DNA of 64,000 bases from Mobula hypostoma (taxonomy: Eukaryota), in the NCBI RefSeq assembly GCF_963921235.1, contig NC_086109.1, positions 20,338,001-20,402,000 of the forward strand, written 5' to 3'. Under the pieces are notes generated by a model, which saw nothing but the letters and a program-made list of their open reading frames with translations, made no database searches and was not told where the DNA came from. Positions 50,151 through 62,704 of this stretch are shown here, in pieces (position 1 is the first letter of the stretch; the number at the start of each line of letters is the position of its first letter). The position numbers were made by a program, and so were the translations under genes.

Positions 50151-52029
50151 GACAATCGCCATTGCTTCCATAACAGTTTGCCTAATTTAGAATAACATTT
50201 GACCTCTGATTCATATAGTCAGTGACATTCCCTTCCAGATTCTTACCATCAAGCTCAAGTACTTCCATTCATATTTGTCATGGTAACAAACTGAATGCTC
50301 CAAGTGTTGTATTGCCCCTTATGCTATTCACTTGGATCATGAAGGCAGAATTGTAGTCATAGACTCACAACAAGTCCACCTCAATGTGATCTGTCCAACC
50401 TTCTGTTGCTAAATTGGGCTGATCCTTTACATCTCCAAGCTTTCTTACAAGCAATGACTGGTATAATCCCCACTCTGTTGTCACGAAGAGCATTGATAGA
50501 TTATGCAGCTCTCTGGGAAAATGGGCAATTCAGCTAAACAATGGTTAGACTCTGCTGAGCTTGGTATTTATATCAGATATTAATATCCCCAATACAAGTA
50601 TCTCAACATGGAGAAGCTACCTATTTTCGATAATTCAGCACCTGTTTGATAATTAATGCATGTGAGGGAAAGGGTTGTAATGTGGACCTTCTTCCAGTTT
50701 GAAATTTGAGGATTATGAATCAAAAATAACACCAAATGTTGGCTCCATTTCTGCCAGATATTTCCTTCATCAAAGATAGCATCAGTTCTTCCTCCAATCT
50801 ACTTGTGTGCTGAGGAGCATCCTGACTAAAAGAACAGTGTTGTGATTTATAGTGGAAACGAGGGCTCAGTTTTGACTCACACACATTTACACAGCCAAAT
50901 ACTTCAAACAGCTCGAGGCCCCAATCCACTATTCTAACAACATGCCATCCCTCAGCATTAATTAGGATTATTAATTGCCATCCTCATTTCAAACATCACT
51001 AGGCCAAAAATACATGGGTTTCTAACACAGAAAGCCCTGTGGCTGACCTGTACTACACAGGCAGTGGATCCAGTTAGAAAGTCCTTTGACCACAGAAAAA
51101 TTCTACACGATGGCCTCAGGGGAACCACTAATAAGGAAATTCACTATTTGTCATCCTCATTCATCTCAAAGATCCTTAACAGCCAATGGCCTTAAATGTC
51201 TCTATACCTAATGAGTTGGCACTTATCTATTGTTTTGTAGCTCCATGAAAAATAGCCAAAGAAGTCATGAATTAAATTAGAGTAGCAATCTGATATATAG
51301 CACTTGTGCAGAAAAACAAGGTCTTCACAGATGCAAAAAAAAAATGAAATTCAGCAATAAGCCGTGCAAAGAGTAATTTGGATAAAAAGACAAATGCTTG
51401 ATCAAAGAGATAGGTTTAGTGAGTGTCTTAAAGGAGTCCAGAGAGGAAGAGAGTTACAGAAGTTCAAGGAAGATATTCTGTAGCCCACAGGAAGATGTGT
51501 GCACATGATCTGAAGATTCGATGAAAACCAGGGCACACATAGTCCATGCTTAGAGGAGTTCAAATAGGATTGTAGCTCAAGTCAAAGAAGCAGGAAATTA
51601 AGCAAGGAATGTTCAGATTGGCCAGAAGTACAGGAAAAGAGTGTGAGATCTTAGAGATGGAGATGAGCATTGAAAAACTTATGAGCTGAAGAGTGGAGGA
51701 ATGGAGAAAGAAACAATCTCCTGGAAAAACCTAGCAGATCAAGTACCATCTGTGCAAGGGAAGGGATTGTCATCATTGAGTCAAAACACTGCACCAGGAC
51801 AGTGCTGAAACTTGCAGTGCCAACTGTTCCTTCCCTCCCACAAACGTTGCGTGACCCACTGATTTCTTCCTGTAGGCTGTTTGTCACTCCAGATTCCAGC
51901 ATCTGCAGTCCCTTGCATCTCCAGTGAATGAACAGACATCAACAAAGGTCCACTTGAAAATAGAACATAGAAGATTCCTCTGCTGCTTAGGGAATAGTAG
52001 TAAAGGAACATATTCATACGAGGGCTACT

Positions 52030-52421
52030 ACTATCACAGTGTGCTCTTGGAGGGCTCAATCCAAGTGCAGAGGAACAGCAGGCTTTCTCTGTCATGGGGG
52101 TTGCTGCAATCAACTCAACCCAGAAGCTGAGGACAGAAAGCTCAGAGGAGACTGAAACAAGGTTAAACATAGGAATACTAACAGAGCCTCATAGAAGCAA
52201 CTGAGCAACCCTGCAAGTCAAATCATCCTCTCCAACACAATGACTCCACTAAGGCACTAACTGAGAGCCCTCTTTAAATAATCATAGTATGCAGAAAACC
52301 CATGCCAGTCACAATTAACTTGACAAGATTAAAACAAAAGCATAGGGGGCTAACAGCTCTAGTTAAGATAACAATTAGTAAATACAGGTGCTTAAGAACC
52401 CTAGCAGCTCAACCCTCTACA
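52030..52421 (-). mobile_element. Possible old solo Gypsy-type LTR
   Basis: TATCACAG... start, CCAAGTGCAG and CTTTAAATA motifs typical of fish Gypsy LTRs in antisense; no clear TSD. Confidence 0.35.
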
Positions 52422-52611
52422 GCAAGAATCAGAATCAGAATCAGAATTATTGGCATGTGTTGTGAAATTTGTTAACTTAGCAGCAGCAGTTCAATGCAAT
52501 ACATAGTATAGAAGAAAAAAATAAGTAAATCAATTACAATATACGTATATCGAATAGATTAAAAATGGTGCAAAAAACAGAAATAGTACGTATTAAAAAA
52601 GTGTGGTGTGT

Positions 52612-52908
52612 GGCATGTGGCCAAGTGGTTAAGGTGTTGGGCTCGCGATCTGAAAGTCGTGGGTTCGAGTCTTGGCCAAGGCAGCGTGTTGTGTCCTTGA
52701 GCAAGGCACTTAACCACATACTGCTCCAGTCCATCCAGCTGAAAAATGGGTACCGGCAAAATGCTGGGGGTTAACCTCACGATAGACTGGTGTCCTATCA
52801 GGGTGGGGGGGGGAGTGTTGTACTCTCAGTGGCTTCACACCACGGAAACCAGCATAAGCACCAGCTTGATGAGCCTATAAGACTCAGGATAGGCTTTAAC
52901 TTTAACTA
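52612..52908 (+). mobile_element. tRNA/CORE-like SINE nested in a Rex1/Babar 3' fragment (52425-53160, minus)
   Basis: Near-identical to 26098-26390; host encodes ASINKDP/HPEHALFSLLPSGRRYRSLK. Confidence 0.85.
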
Positions 52909-53882
52909 AAAAAGTGAGGTAGTGTTCAAGCGTTCAACGTCCATTTAGGAAACAGATGGCAGAGTGGAAGAAGCTGTACCTGAATCGCTGAGTATGTGCC
53001 TTCAGGCTTCTGTACCTCCTACCTGATGGTAACAGTGAGAAAAGGGCATGCTCTGGGTGCTGGGGGGTCCTTATTAATGGACGCTGCCTTTCTGAGACAC
53101 CGCTCCTTGAAGATGTCCTGGGTACTTCGTAGGCTAGTACCCAAGATGGAGCCAACTCCATCTGAAAGTGTAGGGCTCATGTCAACTACAAAACAGTGAC
53201 CGGAAAATCTGAACATATTACAAGCTCAAGCACACAAGCACCATCTCTTAGACTTCCCCTCTGCCTGGACAACCCATGAACCCACAAGCACCACCTCATT
53301 ATTCCGCTTTCCTGCACTGTATTCTAGTTTATAGTGATTCTATGCCTTTGCACTGTATTGCAAACCTATAAGTTTCACATCCTGAGTCAGTGATAATAGA
53401 GCTGATCTTGATCTTGATTCAGCTGAACAGTTCCTTGAAGATCCTTTATACAAACTGGATAATGGAAGGCAGAGCAGTGTTTTTGTGTTCTGACATCGGG
53501 TGGGTTGGAAGTTGATGAGGACGGTTGCAAATAAATTTATAAACGATTCATTTTGCTGACAAGTTAGAATTAGACAAGTATATTTTTCAGACAGATCAGA
53601 CTGTTCTATCCTCTGACCTGCAGTAACTTCCTTAATAATGTCTGAATACTGCAATTATTCTTTCACTTCCATCTCTAATAAACTTTATAAGTGAAAGAAA
53701 GACTGCTGGCCCACCACCTATGGGTGGTTAATAGTAGGAGCAGAAATAAAAGAGTACTATTATATGTGCATGAATTAACCCAGAGAGAAAATAGGATTAG
53801 AATCAGAATCAGGTTTATTACCCCTGACATATGTTGTGAAATCTGTTTTGCAGCAGTACATTGCAAATCGTAAAATATACCA

Positions 53883-54022
53883 TACAGTCAGTGGCCACTT
53901 TATTAGGTACCTCCTCTAGCTAATAAAATGGCCACTGAGTACACGTTCCTGCTCTGCCTTTGCGGCCCATTCTCCTCAAGGCTCAACGTGTTGTGCATTC
54001 AGAGATACTCTTCTGCACACCG
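53883..54022 (-). mobile_element. Partial Tc1 MITE (hairpin end only)
   Basis: TACAGTCAGTGGCCACTTTATTAGGTACCTCCTCTAGCTAATAAAATGGCCACTGAGTA. Confidence 0.8.
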
Positions 54023-54730
54023 ACATGGGCGTGACTGATGCTAGTTAGAGTCTTGTCGGCAACAGTCTTCTGTCCCAATTAACAGGCATAGAGTCCCAAA
54101 TAAATCCCGGCAATTTTCTCAATTAGTTTTTGTTCTTTCAAAGTTGCCCCGAATAGGCAGCTGCCATGATTAATTGATGGCCCAATTAAGTGGATTTAAG
54201 TTTATATATATATATATATATCCCAATTAAGTTATATATATATAAACTGTATAAAAAGAGAAATAAGTAGTACAAAAAGAGGGCTCAAATAATGAGGTTG
54301 TGTCCATCGGTTGGTTCATTGTCCATTCAGAAGTCTGATAGCTGAGGTGAAGAAGCTGTTCCTAAAACATTGTATGTCTTCAGTCTCTTTTACGTCCCCT
54401 CTGATGGTAGTCCTGGGTGGTGGAGGTCCTTAATGACTGGTGGCACCTTTTTCAGGTATCTCCTTTCGAAGATGTACCCAATGGTGGGGATATACTCACT
54501 AATAGCAATGACCATGGGCAGAGAAGTGTTTAGATCCCACTTTCACCCTCTTCATGTCTCAAAGCATCAAACACCCAATGAAATACATTTTTTGAAGTAC
54601 AATTCCAATAATGAATTTGGAAACACAGCAGCCAACGAGCTCTCAAACGTAGCATTATAATCTCTTTTATTGATACAGTACTGTGCTATGCAAAGTCTTA
54701 GGCAGCTTTGTTGTATATATAACTTACATA

Positions 54731-54732
54731 AC

Positions 54733-54787
<55 letters not shown>

Positions 54788-54790
54788 CAC
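54731..54790. repeat. Compound microsatellite (AT)n(GT)n(GC)n
   Basis: 60 bp of uninterrupted purine-pyrimidine alternation. Confidence 0.95.
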
Positions 54791-55108
54791 TGACATCAGG
54801 GGCAGCTTCTCTGCTTTTCCTCACTTTGTACCAAACTACCTTTATTTCTCCTTAAATACACAAACTGCTTTTTGACTTAACTGCTGATCTAAAAGACGGT
54901 ACCTTAACAAAGCAACTTCCTCTTGGTGCAACATACATTGTCAACCTGGTTTGTTATCTTGAGGTCTCTGGAGCACAGCTGAAACACAGAGAGCTTTGCC
55001 TCAGGAAACAAGAGTGATATCATATATGATAATCAAATAAAACCCCTGCTGATTCTGCAACTCTGAAATAGAGCAGAAACTGCTGGAAACATTCAACAGA
55101 TTACTTTA

Positions 55109-55613
55109 AACAACAGGAATTCTGCAGATGCTGGAAATTCAAGCAACACACATCAAAGTTGCTGGTGAACGCAGCAGGCCAGGCAGCATCTCTAGGAAGA
55201 GGTGCAGTCGACGTTTCAGGCCGAGACCCTTCGTCAGGACTAACTGAAGGAAGACTGAGTAAGGGATTTGAAAGTTGGAGGGGGAGGGGGAGATCCAAAA
55301 TGATAGGAGAAGACGGGAGGGGGAGGGATAGAGCCAAGAGCTGGACAGGTGATAGGCAAAAGGGATACGAGAGGATCATGGGACAGGAGGTCCGGGAAGA
55401 AAGACAAGGGGGGGGTGACCCAGAGGATGGGCAAGAGGTATATTCAGAGGGACAGAGGGAGAAAAAGGAGAGTGAGAGAAAGAATGTGTGCATAAAAATA
55501 AGTAACAGATGGGGTACGAGGGGGAGGTGGGGCCTTAGCAGAAGTTAGAGAAGTCGATGTTCATGCCATCAGGTTAGTCCTGACGAAGGGTCTCGGCCTG
55601 AAACGTTGACTGC
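55109..55613 (-). mobile_element. Young PLE pLTR insertion with inverted hammerhead segment and 13-bp TSD
   Basis: ACAGATTACTTTA at 55096-55108 and 55614-55626; hammerhead motifs at 55206-55241(-) and 55576-55611(+). Confidence 0.9.
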
Positions 55614-55985
55614 ACAGATTACTTTATACTTTATTGTCGCCAAATAATTTATACTAGAATGTACAATCATCACAGTGATATTTGATTCTGCGCTTCCCAC
55701 TCCCTGGATTACAAATCGATAGTAAATATTAAAAATTTAAATTATAAATCATAACTAGAAAATAGAAAGGTGGAAAGTAAGGTAGTGCAAAAAAACCGAG
55801 AGGCAGGTCCGGATATTTGGAGGGTACAGCCCAGATCCGGGTCAGGATCCGTTCAGCAGTCTTATCACAGTTGGAAAGAAGCTGTTCCCAAATCTGGCCA
55901 TACGAGTCTTCAAGCTCCTGAGCCTTCTCCCGGAGGGAAGAGGGACGAAGAGTGTGTTGGCTGGGTGGGTCGTGTCCTTGATTAG
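55614..55985 (-). mobile_element. Rex1/Babar 3' fragment
   Basis: KDTTHPANTLFVPLPSGRRLRSLKTRMARFGNSFFPTVIRLLN on the minus strand; GACAATAAAGTATAAAGTAA tail. Confidence 0.85.
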
Positions 55986-56779
55986 CCACAAGTTAACTGG
56001 AGACTACAGATGATGGAATCTGGAGTAAAAACAAACTGGAGGAGAAACGCAGTGGAGCAGGCAGCATCTGTGGAGGGAAATGGATAGTCGGCAGTTCAGG
56101 TCAAGGCTTTTCATGGGGACGGGTGAAGGTCCAGATGCATTTTGAACCACTGAGAAGATGAGAAAACAACTAATGTTTTAGCAACAAGTTAGTCATCACT
56201 TTCCCAATGCTTCAAAATGAGTGAGTGAACCTCAAAGACCTGGAAATTTCAACACCAATTGTAGTTACTGCTTCATTTAAAACATCCCTCAGCGCGTATT
56301 TTATTTGTGTGAGTTCAGTAGGTAACCACCATAACTTAAGCTACTCTGTGTAAGAATAACAGAGATGAGGTGACTTTGGAGCTATCTCATGGGCAGCACT
56401 CTGGTGTAGCAGTTAGAACAGTGCTATTGCAGTTCATTTCCCACATTTGTACGTTCTCCCCACGACTGCATGGGTTTCCTCCGGGTGTTCTGGTTTCCTC
56501 CCACATTCCAAAGGTGTACAGAGGGGTTAGTAAGTTAATTGGGTCACAAGGGTGTAATTGGGTGGCGCAGGCTTATTGGATCAGAAGGGCCGGTTACAGT
56601 GCTGTATCTCTAAATAACCAAACAAAGAGCAGTCCAAACAGAGTCTCCACATATTTTTAACGCAGAAGCATATAGAACTTCTGATAAACAATAAGCCACC
56701 TTATTGACTTTGATTTTAGAAAAGTCTAAATTCTCTTGTTTCAAATTAGTATCCACCTCCATCATCTTCTCCCCAAAAT

Positions 56780-57060
56780 TCTGTGGTTAGCACAATGCTT
56801 TACAGCACCAGCGATCAAGGGTCAGTTCCCGCCACTGTCCATAAGGAGGTTCTATGTTCTCTCCGTGACTGTGTGTGTTTCTTCAGGGTGCTCCAGTTAC
56901 CTCCCATATTCCAAAGATGTAGGGCTTGGAATTAGTAAGTTGTGGGCGTGCTATTTTGCCACCAAAATCCTGGTGATACACTGGGGCTGCATTTCCCTGG
57001 ATGTTTCAACATGCATGTGACAAATAAAGCTACTCTTTAATCTTTAATCTTTAATCTTTG
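56780..57060 (+). mobile_element. V-SINE with Rex1/Babar-like tail
   Basis: V domain followed by CATGTGACAAATAAAGCTACTC(TTTAATC)n. Confidence 0.75.
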
Positions 57061-57250
57061 AACATCTGGGTGAGAGATTATTGGGTGCAGGTAGCAACGA
57101 GGAGATTTGGTTGCGATCAGAACAATCACTAGATATTTTCTCAACCTAGAGTTCTGGATTACCACACTGGGCCGTGTATCTGCATTAGTTTCTGTCTGTG
57201 TCGCTCCAGGACAACTCTGAATACTGAGCTCCTCAGTGTTACTCAAATCC

Positions 57251-58930
57251 CAAACAAGAGAAAAATCTGCAGATGCTGGAAGTCTGAGCAACACACACAA
57301 AATGCTGGAGGAACTCAGCAGCATCTATGGGAAAAAGTACAGTCAATGTTTCAGGCCGAAACCGTTCAGCAGGACTGGAGAGAAAAAGCTGAGGAGTAGA
57401 TTTGAAAGGTGGGGGAGGGGAGAGAGAAACGTCAGGCGATAGGTGAAACTTGGAGGTGGAGGGATGCAGCAAAGAGCTAGAAAGTTGATTGGTGAAAGAG
57501 ACAGAAGGCCATGAAAGAACAAAAAAACAGGGGGAGGAGCACCAAAGGGAGGCAATGGGCGGGTGAGGAGATAACATGAGAGAGGGACAAGGGATGGAAA
57601 TCGACGACTGCATTGATGCTGCTACCTGCACCTGTGCTGAACTCGTCAATTTCATCCACTTTGCCTCCAACTTCCACCCTGCTCTCAAATTCACCTAGTT
57701 CATTTCTGACACCTCCCTTCCCCTTCTCGATCTCACTGTCTGTATCTCTGGAGACAGCTTATCCACTGATGTCTATTAAACACCAATGGACGCTCACAGC
57801 TACCTGGACCATAACTCGTCCCATCCTGTTACTTGTAAAAACGCCATCCCCTTCTCTGAATTCCTCTGACTCTACCACATCTGTTCTCAGGATGAGGCTT
57901 TTCATTCTAGAACGAAGGAGGTGTCCTCCTTTTTCAAAGAAAGGAGCTTCCTTTCCTACACTATCAACGCTACCCTCAACCGCATTTCATGCACTTCTGC
58001 TCTTACCTCATCCTCCCGCCACGCTACCAGGGATAGGGCTCCTCTTGTCCTCACCTACCACCCCACCAGTCTCCACATCCAGCACATAATTTCCAAAAGG
58101 ATCCCACCACCAAACCATCTTTCCCTCCCCCCCCCCCACTTTCTGCTTTCCACAGGGATCACTCCCCATGCGACTCCCTTTTCCATTCGTCCCTCCCCAC
58201 TGATCTCCCTCCTGGCACTTATCCTTGCAAGTGGAACAAGTGCCACACATGCCCTTACACCTCCTCCCTCACCACCATTCAGTGCCCCAAACAGTCCTTC
58301 CAGGTGAGGCGACACTTCACCTGAGAATCTGCTGGGGTCATATACTGTGTTCGGTGCTCCTGGTGTGGCCTTCTGTACATCGGTCAGACCTGAAGTCGAC
58401 TGGGAGACTGCTTCGCCGAGCATCTATGCTCTCTCCGCCAGAACAAGCCGAATCTTCCAGTGGCCATCCATTTTAATTCCACTTCCCATTCCGATATGTC
58501 CATCCATAACCTCCTTCACTTTTGGAATAAGGCCACACTTAGGTTGGATTAACAACACCTTATAATCTGTCTGGGTAGCCTCCAACCTGATGGCATGAAC
58601 ATCGTTTTCTCAAATTTCCAGTGAAGTATCCCTCTCTCATGTTATATATTTGCCCGCCCAGTGCCTCCCTCTGGTGCTCCTCCCCTCCCCCTTTTTTTTC
58701 TTCCATGGCCTTCTGTCTCTTTCACCAATCAACTTCCTAGCTCTTTGCTTCATCCTTCCTCCTCCAAGTTTCACCTATCACTTGGCATCCTCCCACCTTT
58801 CAAATCTACTCCTCAGCTATTTTCCACCGGTCCTGCTGAAGGGTTTCGGCCTGAAACGTCGACGGTATTTTTTTCCATAGATGCTGCCTGGCCTGCTGAG
58901 TTCCTCCAACATTTTGTGCGTGTTGCTCGG
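57251..58930 (+). mobile_element. Neptune-type PLE: inverted 5' pLTR, RT C-terminus, GIY-YIG, 3' pLTR
   Basis: IDDCID...FLDL...SSHP...DRAPLVLTYHP...HFT*ESAGVIYCVRC...LGSLQPDGMN; pLTR at 57251-57598(-) and 58625-58930(+). Confidence 0.92.
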
Positions 58931-59861
58931 TGTTATTATTAGCGCAAAGTCCGGGCAGCATGCACAAAATGTTGGAGGATCTCAGCAGGGCAGGGCAGTA
59001 CCTATGCAGTGGAATGAACACAATTCCTGATGAAGGAGTTTGGCCTGAAGTGTGAGCTGTTTATTCACCCCCAATGATGATGCCTGACCTCCAGAGTTCC
59101 TCCGGCATTTTGTGGGTGTTGCTTTATATTTCTAGCATCTACAGAATCTTTTTACATTTGTCAAAGTCCAGCCTGTTAGGTTTCTCAAAGAATCTGTTGT
59201 ACAAGTCTTTGATGGAGATGCGGAGCTTTAGTGAAACAAATGCAAGACTCTGCTCATCATTCCATTGTGTCAAGTTACACCGGACTGACCTCTCATAAAT
59301 CAATTTCTAATAAAAACTTGGACTGACTGCCCAGGTTTAGCTAAATTTATTAAGTTGCCCTGACATTTTGTGCAAGAGGGCTTTTGATTGCAACATCAAG
59401 ACTTATTACAAAGCAAAAAGACTCTTGCAGGCTTCTAATGTCTGACAGTTTGTCTCCAAGTCCCTGGGAACTTTAGCTACTTTAGAATAAGATATTAAAA
59501 TTTATGTTGATCTCATAGCAGATTCTTAGATTGTATAAATAAAACTATTCAGTATTGAAATTTCACCATGCCGGATACGTGCATATTAATGATTTGTCCA
59601 TTAATGACTTTTGTGATAATTCCCTATGCATTTATTTTATTAATTGAGTATCATATCCTCACATATTAAGCATTGCTGTTAATCTAATATTCCATCCTGA
59701 GTCATTACCTCCGTCATCCACTGTAGTCCAACACAGCAATGCACTGATTTTAACTTTTACATCCTTGTTTTCAAACTCCTTTTATTGTCTGCTCTTTCTC
59801 TGAAACACCCTTCAATGACAGCTCCTCGTATATATTCCTCTCTCAGTTATTGGGCAACAGA

Positions 59862-60652
59862 CCATGGCAGCACAGAATCAAGCCCTGTCGGAGGTGGAGC
59901 GAAGTGACAACGGCGCTAAACGATGTCTCCTTTGCTTGCATCTTTGGAAACAACTCTATTTCCATCTATAATATATTTATTTTTCCCTTTCATGGTTATT
60001 TTGAAGACCCTGACCTGGAGTTACGCACTGACTACATTTCTTTGCGGGAATGGGACCTGCTCTCGAGGTTTCATAACTGGCCGTTGTTTGGCACACCAAG
60101 GGCTCAACGTAAGAGTTCATCTTGGCTTTGGGAGTTCAGGATCTCGGGGCTCTGAAGACAGGCAGATCGAAGGTCAGTGCCATGGCAGGAGACCTGTGTG
60201 TCATCGGGGGAGTCGGAATATCTATGGCTGTGTGCCCATAGACTTGAGATCTTTGGGCACAGAGCTCAAAAAAAACAACGTAATGGACTTTTAACATTGT
60301 AAACCAGTGAGTTGTTTGTTATGTCTCCCCGCTCGCTGTGAAATGGAGACACGTCTTTCTCCCTTATTAAGGAGAGAGGGAGCCTGTGGTATGTTGAATG
60401 CTGGCTGAACAATGTAGTCTTTGGGGTAACTGCAAGTCTGTGCTCGGGTACCAATGCTTTTTTTGCCGGTGGGGGAGGGGAATTGTTGCTTGCTGCCGCT
60501 TACGTGTGGGAGGGGAACTTTGGGGTTCTAACACTTAACGGTCATTTATTCTTTGGGGCACTCCTCTGTTTTTGTGGATGGTTGCAAAGAAAAAGCATTT
60601 CAGGATGAACATTGTATACACTTCTCTGACTTTAAATGTACCTTTGAAACCT
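59862..60652 (+). mobile_element. Non-autonomous, non-coding LINE-tailed element
   Basis: No ORF; tail AAGCATTTCAGGATG...CTCTGACTTTAAATGTACCTTTGAAACC like other LINE 3' ends in the window. Confidence 0.6.
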
Positions 60653-61699
60653 AATCCATCTTGAATTTCCCTGTCTAACAGCACCCTCATCGAACCACAG
60701 GCCATATAACCACAAAGGTCCTACATACATATTTGTTCCCACATTAAATAGGTGCTTACAAAAATCAGGATCTTTTGCCATCGTGCTTTGTAGAGATTTA
60801 ATTGCTAGCAACGTGCTATAACCTGACAGAGATTCTCATTTTCTTCAGCTAATTTCGTTTCTTCAATTCAGCCACACAAAAGTCATTGGCCCATAGTGTC
60901 ATAGAGAGATGCCACGAGAAAAACAGGCACCCACTCACACGAATCCTACACTAATCCTGTTTTTAAAATAATTTTTCATTCTCTGCAGACTGCTAACAAT
61001 TCCACTGGACTCCATACCAAGGGCGGTTCACAGTGGCCACTTAACCTACTGATCTGAACACCTTTGGGATATGGGGGAAAACTGGATCACCTGGAGTAAA
61101 CTCACAAAGTCACGGAAAAACTCCAGACAGCATCCAAGGTCAGGATTGAACCTGGATCTCTGAAGCTGTGAGGCAGTGATTTTACTAGAAGATTCCTCCA
61201 GCTCTGATATGCTCAGCAATGCATACGGTGTTGAATGGGTTAGGATGCAATGCAAGCAAAGATTTATTCTCCTTGCATAACATTAAGTACACAAGTGTGT
61301 GGCCCTCCAAAAGTCGGCATACTTGAGCATGACTCTGCTCGTGTTTATCCCTAGCTTCCTTCTCTCTCGTATTGGCAGCCGTGCCTTTAGCAACCTGGAG
61401 CCAAAGCTCTGGAATTTTCTCTCTAAACTTTTCCACCCCCGCCTTCCTTTAAAATCCTCTTAGGAAATAGGTTTATTTCCAGCTTTTGATCACTTATCGC
61501 CACATCTCCTTATAAGACTTAAATTTTTGTTTTTTATGTTCTTCTGATGGAAGGCATTTTACAATTGCAGACGTGGTTGCTAAAATGGAAGCTGCTAGAA
61601 TCTCACATAAGATTTTCCACTGAATTTTTCCCTATAAGCATTAGCATGATATCAACAAATTAATGGAATGACTTGTTTTTTTTTGATTGATTCCTTCAC

Positions 61700-61965
61700 C
61701 ACCAAATGCCATGGCCCTGGGTCAAACATGGACAAGGCAAGTTACTCCTGATTGCTACCTGCTGTGCGCCCTCGGGCTGGTGAATCAGAGAAGCTCCCTG
61801 TCAAACATCTTGGAAGCAGCACTGGAAAAGGCAAGGACAGTGTAAGCACTCTGGGTGAGGACATTCACCAAGAATGGATTTGCAGCTCACCTTTGACTGA
61901 ATTGAGCATGTCCTAAAGGACTGGCCCTCTGGAACGCAATGAGTGAACCAGCATAATGGAGAAAC
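61700..61965 (+). mobile_element. Degenerate L2/CR1-group APE fragment
   Basis: VKHGQGKLLLIATC...HLEAALEKAR...IHQEW remnants; probably the same family as 21328-21685. Confidence 0.55.
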
Positions 61966-61969
61966 TAAC

Positions 61970-62535
61970 TTCAGAATCAGGTTTATCATCATTGACATAT
62001 GTTGTGAAATGTATTGTTTTGCAGGAGCAGTACAGTGCAATATATAAAAAATTTCCTCAAGTTGGAGTATGAAATATAATAAATGGATGGATAGATAGAT
62101 TTTAAAAAGTAATGCAAAAAGCAGCAGAATAGTGAAGTAGTGTTCATGGGTTCAAAGGCTTTTCAGAGACTTGATGGCGGAGGAGAGGAAACGTTGAGTA
62201 TTTGCTGAGTAAAATGTTGAGTATTTATCTTCAGCCTGCCCCCAATGGTAGCAATGAGAAAAGGGCATCGAGGATGATAATTGTCCTTAATGATGGATGT
62301 CGCCTTCTTGAGGCATTGTCTGTTGAAGAAGTCCTCGATGGTGAGGACACTGGAACCCATAATGGAGCTGGCTGAAGTTACAGCTGCCTGCAGTTTTTTT
62401 CCAAACCTGTGCGTTGGTGCCTCCATATCGGACGGTGATGCGACCAGTCAGAATACTCCCCACGGTAGAACTATAGAAATTTGCTAGAGTCTTTGGTGAC
62501 GATCCAAGTCTCCTTGAATTCCTAATGAAATATAG
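61970..62535 (-). mobile_element. Rex1/Babar 3' fragment
   Basis: LQAAVTSASSIMG...CLKKATSIIKD; GATAAACCTGATTCTGA tail. Confidence 0.8.
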
Positions 62536-62704
62536 CTAACTAACGAAATTCAACCTACTTATCTCTTCCTCACCAGTTTACCTGTGGCAGACACAACTAA
62601 CCATAATAGGGTTGACTGAAATGTTTGGAGTTTAGATGATGGGACTATTGCAAAGGAATTGAAGATCAGAAATAGGGATATGTTACAATTGTACGCTATG
62701 TAAG

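Noticed and set aside
55101..55548. Recurring ORFs (MLVNAAGQAASLGRG... also at 8996 and 40764) as a small gene family
   Set aside because: They are incidental translations of the non-coding PLE pseudo-LTR.
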